Virus record (IMG/VR): IMGVR_UViG_3300042868_004707
Coordinates: 32,001-96,000 of that record
Strand: one strand, 5' to 3'
From: a virus
Length of the DNA: 64,000 bases
Below, one piece after another: positions 11,532-20,800 of this stretch (positions are counted from its first letter, which is position 1; the number at the start of each line of letters is the position of its first letter). Both the position numbers and the translations under genes were made by a program. Under the pieces are notes generated by a model. The model was given only the letters and a program-made list of their open reading frames with translations, was not told the origin of the DNA and made no database searches.

Positions 11532-14500
11532 TTACTTAAATGCTTTAACTATTGAGCTTTGTGAATAATTTTTCTTTGTTTTCCCTCCATACTTATTCTT
11601 AGGAGCAACTTCATTCATCACTTCTGTGTTATTTGCAGGAATCATCTCATATTCATTATCTTCGTATGACATATTACTATTTGGATTAATTCCAGGTGTA
11701 GACATAGAAGGTGCTTTTGTTGCAACTTCTTCTTTACCACTCACTTTCTTATATGAATATGTACCATCAGCATTTTGAACAAGTCTATAATTTGGATCAT
11801 TGTATTGTGGATATTTTTGATCAACATTAAATTGAGCCAAAGGATTCATGTTTACAGCTCTTCCAGATTTATCATATCTATAGTTGTATAAGTTTTCATA
11901 TACACCTAATGTTCTATTCTCTAATTTGTTTTTAGCATATTTATCAGCAATAGAATTAAGAGCAGCCTGTGCTGTAGCTTTAGTGTTACTCTTAGCTTGT
12001 TCTTGTCTTGTATATTGTTGATCATAGATTGCCAAGTTTTTTAACTCTGCATCATTCAATGTGTTGATGTTTCCAGAATACACCTGATCTTTCATAGCTT
12101 GGTTAGCTCTAAACTGATCAGCTAACACTTTTGATTTAGCACCATATGTTTGTGCAGCAAGATTAGCCTGAGCAGCAGGATTATATCCCATCATTCTTTG
12201 AGCACTTCTTTGATCAGCAGTTATTTCATTCAATTGATCTTGTAATGATATATCATAAGGAACTCTTAATTGTGGAGTGTATGGTGTTGCTTGTACAGGT
12301 TCTAATTGATTACTTGACATAGCATACATCTCTCCCATCAATTGTTGTGGGTCTAATTCTTCTTGATCTGTTGGTCTAATATATGGAAGCACTTCATTAA
12401 ATGCTGTAATCCAAGGATTTTTCTTATGTTTAATTATTTCAAATTTATCTTCTTCTTTTGGTGAAGCTTTTGGTTCTTCTTTTAAAGGAGAAGTCATTTG
12501 AGGAGAAGTATATTTAATAGCAGCATCTACAACATTATGTATAGGTCCAACTTCTTTATTTGTAGCTTGCTGTTGTAAAAACATTATTTTACCTTCTTTA
12601 GTTGGAATTTTATTTAATGCTTTTTTAATATTAGTAGAACCTTCTCCTCCATAAGATTCAATGTACGTCAACATTTTTTCAGCTCTATCTTTGTCTGATA
12701 AAGCTGTGTTTACAGAAGGAGCCCATTCATTTTCATAACGTTGCATATCATCCCACATAGGATTACCAGTTTGACCAGCTTTTGTAAAGCTCCATTTATC
12801 ACCTCTTCCTTTTGTTTTATATCCATCTTGAGCTTTTGGAATAGAGGTTCCAAACTTAGCTTGTTCTTTCATAGCTTTTTTATCTACTGTTGCTTTACCT
12901 CTTGCAAGATCATCTGCAACAAGTCCATATTCTTCTGCTGTATCATTAATAGCATTCTGTAAATCAGCAGCTTTTATTTTCTTATCTGCTATAGATTTAA
13001 GTTTCATGTTACCTCCTTGAATGTTTGCTTCTAATGCAGAAAGTTTTAATCTATCAAAAGAATTTTTTACATCAAGACTATTCAACTCATTGGTTGATTT
13101 CTCAATAAGTTTATTTTGCTTAGCTTCTGTTTTAGAAAGATCAGCTATATAGTTTTTAAATTTCTTACCTTTAGCTTTAGGATCTCCTAATAAATCTATG
13201 TATTGATTAGGTATTTTTAAATTACCATATACAACAAGACTTTCTTCTCCTGAAGATCCATCTTTTAGTTTTACAGCAGGTTCTCCTCTTTCCACTTCTA
13301 CAGGATTATCACCATATGTAATACCAATACCAGTGTTACCTTTTCCATCAGACTCATCGTGAGATTTTCCTCTGAACATTACAGTTTCTCCACTACCAGG
13401 TAGGTATGGATTTTCAGACATAGGTTCAGCATATCCACCCCAATGCGTTTGAAGTTCACCACCCATAGCATAAGTTTGCATAGCTCTTTCACTAGGTTCT
13501 CTATAAGCTTTTAAATGTCCACCAGCTCTGAATTCATCTTTATGTGCAAAATCAGCAAAGTCTTGATCATTAACATCTCCAAACATTGTAATCACTTGTG
13601 GATTATATTCAGGATTCATGTATCCACCATTTCTCATATAAGATCCATATTGTGAATGAACAGAATCTTTGAACTGAGAAGCCATGATTCTATTCATATT
13701 ATTTTTAGTTCTTGCTTCAGCTTTTCTTTGATCTCTATCATTTGTATCAAGTAATCCACCAGCAAATGTACCTACAGTTTGACCAATTGCTCCACCTAAT
13801 GGACCACCAATAGCTGTTCCAGCAAGACCACCAATAGTACCACCAATTTGTCCACCACCATCATTTCCTGTCATATTACCAGCAAGACTAGAACCCATTC
13901 CTCCAATTGCTCCCCATGGAGTTCCTCCTCCACTAGCTCCACCCATTGAAGACATCATACTAGATGGATCAAACATTTCTGCTCCACCTTGTGCTTTAGG
14001 AAGGTATCCTCCCATTCTATATGATTTAACTTGGTTTACATTATATAATGGTTCATATTCAAGATCTGAATAAATATCATTTCCTCCTTCATATGTATTT
14101 TGTATCTCTGTTGGGTTACCACCAACCATTCCTCCTTCTTGTAACCTAGCACCATTTCTAGCAAGAACATTTGTTCCTACACCATATACAGGAAAGAATT
14201 CTTCACCTGTCATTTCAGGCATCATTGCATTTGCTTTCTTTCTTGCATTCTCAGTGTATTGTCTTAAGTCATCAACATCTGTAGATTCAGCTGCTCTTGC
14301 TTGAACATCTGTAACATTTGCCCATTTCTGTGCTTCTTTTTTAGCTCTTCTACCTGCTCTTAAGTTTTGATAACCAGAAATAAGTTCTCCAGCTGGTCCA
14401 GCGAACTTACTAACTTGATTTCCAATGTTATTCATTTTTCCAACATTAGTGTTAGGTCCTCCAGGAGAAGCGTATCCAGACTTATCATCTGCTAATGTAG

Positions 14501-14795
14501 AAGCATTAATTGTAGATACACTATTGTCAACTTGTGGACCATTAAACATTCCAGCATTTACACCAACAGATTGTGTTTGTCCTTGCATCATGTTCTGCAT
14601 GTTAGGAAGATTATTCATTCCTTGCATTCCTTGCAAATAAGAACTCATACCTGACATCACTGCTCCTTGTTGTGCTTTCTTTATCATCTTCTTAGCTTCT
14701 GGATGAGCTTTGAAAAAACTTTTTTCATCTGGGTATTTAGCGTAAAACTGTTTATCTGTTTTAACACCTGCTAGTTTTAAGAATTCTGCTTTCAT
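11532..14795 (-). CDS. Putative cargo/ejection protein with glycine-zipper membrane segment, 1087 aa
   Basis: Gly-zipper GGQIGGTIGGLAGTAIGGPLGGAIG; GKSHDE...VEVERGE domain; many [AFYM]xxGG motifs. Confidence 0.6.
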   Translation of the reverse strand: MKAEFLKLAGVKTDKQFYAKYPDEKSFFKAHPEAKKMIKKAQQGAVMSGMSSYLQGMQGMNNLPNMQNMMQGQTQSVGVNAGMFNGPQVDNSVSTINASTLADDKSGYASPGGPNTNVGKMNNIGNQVSKFAGPAGELISGYQNLRAGRRAKKEAQKWANVTDVQARAAESTDVDDLRQYTENARKKANAMMPEMTGEEFFPVYGVGTNVLARNGARLQEGGMVGGNPTEIQNTYEGGNDIYSDLEYEPLYNVNQVKSYRMGGYLPKAQGGAEMFDPSSMMSSMGGASGGGTPWGAIGGMGSSLAGNMTGNDGGGQIGGTIGGLAGTAIGGPLGGAIGQTVGTFAGGLLDTNDRDQRKAEARTKNNMNRIMASQFKDSVHSQYGSYMRNGGYMNPEYNPQVITMFGDVNDQDFADFAHKDEFRAGGHLKAYREPSERAMQTYAMGGELQTHWGGYAEPMSENPYLPGSGETVMFRGKSHDESDGKGNTGIGITYGDNPVEVERGEPAVKLKDGSSGEESLVVYGNLKIPNQYIDLLGDPKAKGKKFKNYIADLSKTEAKQNKLIEKSTNELNSLDVKNSFDRLKLSALEANIQGGNMKLKSIADKKIKAADLQNAINDTAEEYGLVADDLARGKATVDKKAMKEQAKFGTSIPKAQDGYKTKGRGDKWSFTKAGQTGNPMWDDMQRYENEWAPSVNTALSDKDRAEKMLTYIESYGGEGSTNIKKALNKIPTKEGKIMFLQQQATNKEVGPIHNVVDAAIKYTSPQMTSPLKEEPKASPKEEDKFEIIKHKKNPWITAFNEVLPYIRPTDQEELDPQQLMGEMYAMSSNQLEPVQATPYTPQLRVPYDISLQDQLNEITADQRSAQRMMGYNPAAQANLAAQTYGAKSKVLADQFRANQAMKDQVYSGNINTLNDAELKNLAIYDQQYTRQEQAKSNTKATAQAALNSIADKYAKNKLENRTLGVYENLYNYRYDKSGRAVNMNPLAQFNVDQKYPQYNDPNYRLVQNADGTYSYKKVSGKEEVATKAPSMSTPGINPNSNMSYEDNEYEMIPANNTEVMNEVAPKNKYGGKTKKNYSQSSIVKAFK

Positions 14796-14799
14796 AATA

Positions 14800-16305
14800 T
14801 TATTGGTATTTGTCCATCCAGCCTCCTGGTTGTTTTGTATTATAGTTTGTAAAATTAGTTAATTGGTTTAGTTTTACCAACTCTTTTCCATCTTTTGCTA
14901 ATGGATATTTTTTATCTTCAAAGTTTTCAATTGAATCTTGATTTTCAGAAATAGTATTTAGTAAATGAATCATTTGAGTTTCATCATATATCGAATTTAA
15001 ATCTAAAGCTTCTTGTGGTAAAATATCTTTGTTGTTAAACAATTCTTTAAATTTATTTTTATCTATTTTTTCAGTAAAAGGGTCATATATTTTATTTTCT
15101 TTTGCAAATTTTCTAATAACATTAAGTCTAGCTCTTGTTTCAGTTGGAGTAGTAAAATATTTAATTTTTTCATCACTCATTAAATTTAAATTTTTTACAT
15201 TAGCTTTACTTTTTGAGTCTAATCTTTTATACATTGCTGTATCTTTATATGAAGCAGGTGTATATTTTTTAATAAGCTCAATATCATCTGATGGAATTAA
15301 TCTATCTGACGAATTATAAAAAAATCCAGGAATTGAAGCATCTGTAGCATGTGAGATTTCATGTGGTATGGTTCCAGAATACTCATAAGGCATTGTAGAT
15401 TTATAAAAATTTAAAACTCCAGTATTAGGATTTGCATGAGCACTTTCTCCTTTAGTACCATATTCTTCATTAGGTCTTCTTATTAATGTTTTTTTATTTT
15501 TAATTAGTGTTTGTAACTGTTTGTTTCTATCTTCTTCATATCCATAATCAAACCAATCACTTTTTGTAGAATTTTTCAACATTTGTTTGTACATAGGAGA
15601 AGCTTGCCAATTTTTAAAATATTCTAAACTTTTATCAACTTCATTATTAAAATTAGCATTATCTACTTTATTTCCATCTTGAGCAATAGGAAACTCTGTC
15701 ACCTTCTTTCCTTTGAATTTATATTCTTCTTCTGGATACATCATCTGTGTATCACCTGTATCTGATATACCAAGAACAGGATAAGGTACACCTTGCATTG
15801 TTATGTATGGAGAATCTATTTCTGTTATCTCTCCTGGATGAGCCCATTGTCCTCTGTCATCTTTAATAACTTTTCCACTCTTAGCACTAGCCATTGTTTT
15901 CTTTGCATAAGGACCATTGCTTGGAGCAGGATTGTTTGTACGTGCATATGAGAAACCTACAGCTCCTGGAATAGAACCACCCATTTGTGCTTGAGGAACA
16001 TAGTTAACTGGATATACAGATCCACCCATTTGAAACTGCCCTCCCCATGCAGGAGAATAATCTCTACCTTTGGTATCATATCCTTCACCTACATATCCTT
16101 CTGGTAAAGAAACAGAATTATCATTATAGTTCTCTTGGTGTTCTTGCATAGATCCACCATCAGCATAGCTATCTAACCAACCACCATTTTTCATGTTGTT
16201 AGAATTATCTCTACCACACTCATGACATACATACATGTCTTTCTTACTAGAATCAGATTTGTTCCAGCTCCATCCGCATGTACATTTTACTTTACTACTA
16301 CTCAT
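14800..16305 (-). CDS. Putative virion protein with zincin-like HExxH domain and N-terminal Zn finger, 501 aa
   Basis: HEISH at 15349-15363 with downstream PTETRARLN; CTCG...CHECG at the N-terminus; AQxGG-type motifs. Confidence 0.55.
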   Translation of the reverse strand: MSSSKVKCTCGWSWNKSDSSKKDMYVCHECGRDNSNNMKNGGWLDSYADGGSMQEHQENYNDNSVSLPEGYVGEGYDTKGRDYSPAWGGQFQMGGSVYPVNYVPQAQMGGSIPGAVGFSYARTNNPAPSNGPYAKKTMASAKSGKVIKDDRGQWAHPGEITEIDSPYITMQGVPYPVLGISDTGDTQMMYPEEEYKFKGKKVTEFPIAQDGNKVDNANFNNEVDKSLEYFKNWQASPMYKQMLKNSTKSDWFDYGYEEDRNKQLQTLIKNKKTLIRRPNEEYGTKGESAHANPNTGVLNFYKSTMPYEYSGTIPHEISHATDASIPGFFYNSSDRLIPSDDIELIKKYTPASYKDTAMYKRLDSKSKANVKNLNLMSDEKIKYFTTPTETRARLNVIRKFAKENKIYDPFTEKIDKNKFKELFNNKDILPQEALDLNSIYDETQMIHLLNTISENQDSIENFEDKKYPLAKDGKELVKLNQLTNFTNYNTKQPGGWMDKYQ

Positions 16306-16964
16306 TCTTTTTTATTTTTATAAGTGAATGATTTTTCTACACTCCAATTATTTAATCTTGCTAATAATCTTTTATAAGGAATGTTTAATTCATCTGACCA
16401 TTCACTTACAGTTTTAGTAATACCATCATATTCAATATATCTACTTCTCCTGGTATTATTCATATTTTGTTTTCTAGTAATCCATCTACAATTATCTGGT
16501 TCATAATTACCATTAACATTAATTCTATCTAATTCTAAACCTTCTTTATATGTTGAATACATATCTGATAAAAAATTATTAATATCTTTCCATCTATCAC
16601 AAACAGTAATCCCTCTTCCACCATAATTATAATAACCAAAATCATTAGGGTCATTACATCTTCTAATCATTGCTGCCCAAGTTTTATACAAACGATGTTT
16701 TCTATATCCATGAATTTTATTTTTAAATCCTTGTTGTTGTATTTTATTATCTCTCAAACATCCACAAGATTTAGTATTACCATTTTTAACTGCTAATATT
16801 ATACAGTCAAATTTTTTTCCACAATTACATTGAAAGGTAGCACATCTTTTAGTTGTTTTACTTTTATTAGTTTTTGTTACTTCAAATACTATTGGACTTG
16901 TTTCTTTTATAAATATACAAGTCCCTATTATATCTCCTTTTTTATATTCTACTTTCTGTCTCAT
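16302..16964 (-). CDS. HNH-type homing endonuclease
   Basis: CNCG...KSCGC, YYNYGGRGITVCDRW, LELDRINVNGNYEPDNCRW; own TATCTTTA element at 16988-16995. Confidence 0.85.
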   Translation of the reverse strand: MRQKVEYKKGDIIGTCIFIKETSPIVFEVTKTNKSKTTKRCATFQCNCGKKFDCIILAVKNGNTKSCGCLRDNKIQQQGFKNKIHGYRKHRLYKTWAAMIRRCNDPNDFGYYNYGGRGITVCDRWKDINNFLSDMYSTYKEGLELDRINVNGNYEPDNCRWITRKQNMNNTRRSRYIEYDGITKTVSEWSDELNIPYKRLLARLNNWSVEKSFTYKNKKE

Positions 16965-17020
16965 CTTATTATTTATTAATTAAGATATAAAGATAAGACT
17001 ATCATTTGATAATTCCTAAT

Positions 17021-17887
17021 TTATTTGTAACTAATTTGACTAGGAGTTATCAAAAATTGTGAAACAAGATGAGTAGTACTTGATGAGTCTAAGATGTGAC
17101 GAATCTTCAATTCTTTTGCTCTTAATGTTGCTTTCTTAAAGCTTCTCAATCCGTAGTCCATGTTCTCTTGATTCACTTCTTTATCTATTGACATAGACTC
17201 ACATGATGATCTAAATAATGGAACCTGAGAACTCTTCTCTAAAGCCCAGAATGTATTATACTGATAGAAGTTATCACTCTTTGTATAAGTGATTGTTTTA
17301 CTGTCTGTATTGTATATTGGATATTGTCCATATGCTTGTAAGTTATGAAGTGGTTTTGCAACAAGATTTAATATTCCAGAACTCTGTTGTCCATTATATA
17401 GAATAGCTTTATTAAACCATTTGTCGTTTGTTTCAATTTTTAAATTACTATCATATGCTTCATATGGATTTCTTATGTATTCATACGCTTTTGTATAGTC
17501 TTTTACGTTCTGTAATATCTCATCTTGGAATTGATAAGCAAATGGATATTCTATTACGTATGGTTTTATACTTCCATAAAAATAATTATAGATTTGCGTG
17601 TTGGTTAAATGTTTCCACAAACAAGCAGTTTTAGTTTGCTTATATCCACTCTTAGAATATTCTAAATAAGGAATTTCTCTTAATTGAAAGGTTTTTTCAA
17701 ACCCACATTCTCCATTTGATACTAGTCTTACATTTGTCACTTTATTATCTACTAGATATGTCCTACCTTTAATTAACTGTTTTCTACTTACATTTTCATC
17801 TAGTAGATTATTATAATTATCGTAAACACTGAAAGGTCCTGTATTAGGACCTGTCTGTGTTATCTTTATTGTAATTTCTCTTTTCAT
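17021..17887 (-). CDS. Tail-associated protein: small beta-domain fused to an apparent C-terminal part of the tail stabilisation protein (start likely 17887)
   Basis: TAATG overlap with the upstream stop; N-terminus paralogous to 27294-27575; LWKH...FYG...YPF segment. Confidence 0.6.
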   Translation of the reverse strand: MKREITIKITQTGPNTGPFSVYDNYNNLLDENVSRKQLIKGRTYLVDNKVTNVRLVSNGECGFEKTFQLREIPYLEYSKSGYKQTKTACLWKHLTNTQIYNYFYGSIKPYVIEYPFAYQFQDEILQNVKDYTKAYEYIRNPYEAYDSNLKIETNDKWFNKAILYNGQQSSGILNLVAKPLHNLQAYGQYPIYNTDSKTITYTKSDNFYQYNTFWALEKSSQVPLFRSSCESMSIDKEVNQENMDYGLRSFKKATLRAKELKIRHILDSSSTTHLVSQFLITPSQISYK

Positions 17888-20800
17888 TATATAGTAGTGG
17901 TTGTTGTTGTGGTTGGACAATCTATAACTTCTGTACAAGGATCCCCACAAGCTTGAATAAATATATATCCATCAGAATCTGTTTCAAATGATATAGATTC
18001 GTATTGTGCACATAACGTTACAAATGTATCTGAATATTCATCATAATGAGTGACATTTGATCCATCTGTCCAGATTAAAACTACGCTACCATAAATAGTT
18101 ACATTGTAACAATATGTATCAGGAACAAATGTTGTAGTGGTAGTTGTTGTACCACAATTATAAATTCCTACAATCACTCCTGATTCCACTTGATAAACAG
18201 TGGTATCAAACGCACTTTCTTCTGTAAAATAAAAACCATCAGGAACTAATGTACAATCTGTAGAATATGCATCAAGATAAACAATTTGTCCTATTTCTAA
18301 TTCATTATATGCTACAGATATTGTTTCTATATTTATGTAAGACCAATCTTCATTTGTATTCAAATACTCTATTCCTAAACAAGCATCTTCAAAACTTCCT
18401 GTTGTATCTAATATATTTGTATCACAACTTTCAGAATATCCTGTTATAAATAAATTATCACTGGAAAGATTACCTCTTTGACATATTGTAGTGGTAGTTG
18501 TAGGAGGAACAGTTATTATAGCATCTCCTTCAAGATTACAATATGTTTCAATAATTGTTCCTTCTAATTCACAATCTAATGCTAATGTACTAGTTGTTGT
18601 TGTAGTAGGTAAAGGTATAGGTGCAGCACTTGTAGTGGAGGTTGTTGTTGGTTTAGTTCTATTTATCTCTCCTACTAAAGCAGTAAATGTAGCTTCTCCA
18701 TTTACAGAATCACAACATCCATTAAGTCCTGTATAAAAGAAATTATTTTCTGCTATGTAAAAATTAGGAACATAGCTATGGAAAGAAACCCAAGATTTTG
18801 TATTAAAATTAAATGATATTGTAAATGATCTGTTACAAAAAAATTCAGCATCATCTAAATAAACTACATCTCTAAAAACAACATCATTAATTATGTTTTC
18901 AACATAAAATTCTTTATTAACTTCGTCATATTTAATATCTTCATCTAAAGGCACATAATCTAATTTTGTAATTATCACTCTATCAAATTTAGCATCAAAC
19001 ACTCCATGTAAACCTATTCCATTAAAATTGTTATCAGTGTCTACATTTGGAAAATATTTTAATATTTTAAATGGTAAATTGTCTGTCATAAATCTATTTA
19101 CACCAGAACCAAATGCTGTCATATCTACAGCTTCTGTTCCTTGTATAAGAAATATTTGCCCACGTTTAGCATCAATGGTTATTTGTCCTTGTGGAATCTT
19201 TAATAAAAACTTATTCTGTGTCCCTACATATCCAAGATCTGTTTCAGCAAAATCAATAGGAGGTGCACTAAACATGTTAGGGTTACCTACATATGCTGCT
19301 TGTGGATTACTTGTATCAATAGTTAATAAGTTATTATACATTAATGATTTGTTTTCAAACCTAGCAAGGATTGCTCTGTTTTGAATACCATCTAATGATA
19401 TAAGATTTCCATAGTTTTGTGGAAAATCATAAAAAGAAAGAGCTCTGTATATTAACCAGTTATTCACTTTATTATCTGCATCTGTAAATTGCTTTTCAGA
19501 ATAAATAGTTCTAAAAGGATAATACGTAGAACAGATTGCATTCCAATCAATAGGAAGATTCGTAAATGAATTTTCTTTATTTTGTTTTGAGAAAGTTACA
19601 TTATAATAATATGTATTATCTTGCTCAATAGGAACAAATGATTGTTGCACCCATGCATCAGGAATACTTGTAGATACATGTGGCCAGAAATCACCTTCTC
19701 TATTATTGAATGCTTGTCTAAGATCTAAATTATAAGAACTCTCACAATAGAAATTAGGAACACCATATGCAAACATATAAAAATATCCATCATAATAAGT
19801 TAACTCACTAGGTGAATTAATACTAGTGTATTGTGTTGTATCATTAGGACAATCAAAATTATGAGCTTTATATGAAATAAAGTTTACTAATTGTTGGTTT
19901 GCAGCTGTTGCATTACGTAATACACTTCTTGCAGAATGCCAGTATTTTGGATATGCAATGTTTCCAATTGCATCATAAAACACATCTGAATCATCAGGAG
20001 CATTCACTCTATTTTGTAAAAAGAAAGGAAGTTTTGTTTTAAATGCAAATTTACCAATGAATGTATCTCCTCCAAATATAGTGGATTCTGTAGGAGTAAA
20101 TTGTGAAAATATCACTTGAAACCCTGTATCCACTTTTTCATATGAATATATTTGACCCCATTGTCCAGGAACAATATTTTTAATTGATCCATAATATGAA
20201 ACAACATTAATATCTTGTTCTCTTTGTGGAGTGGCACAAGCATTAGTTCCTCCAATTGTAAATCTAGAATTATCTTCAATTAAAGAATTCCCTAAGTAAA
20301 CTAATGAATCTGTTTTACTAGGAAAAGGAAGACTATCATCTGTTTTTAAATAGACAGAAGTTTCTCTATTGTAATTATTAATATTATTATCATCACCAAC
20401 GTTTTGTAATCCAGGAATTAAATATCTTTTTATATCAAGATTTCTTTGTTTGATTCCTAAATTATTGTATACAGGAGAATGATAACTGTAACTAGCTATA
20501 GAATTAAATGAGTATGCATAGTTTTTTCTAGTTATACCATTAATGTATATTTCTAAATAAGCTTGATAAGCTGCAAACAATGCAACAATATCTCCTCCAG
20601 CAATGTTTGAAGAACTTTGTAATGCAACTTGTTGAGCTTCTTTACTTAATAATCTATACTTAGCATTGTCTCTCACTTCAACAAAGTGAGCTCTACCACC
20701 ACCATACATTACATTCTCAAGCTTTAGTACATCACCTAAGAAAGGTTGTCCAAAAGATGTTTCTGGAGAATTAAATATTTGTCTGTTTGTAAGAGATTCT

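Noticed and set aside
17880-17950. Programmed frameshift joining the 1774-aa and downstream ORFs
   Set aside because: No clear slippery heptamer; a TAATG stop-start overlap explains the junction
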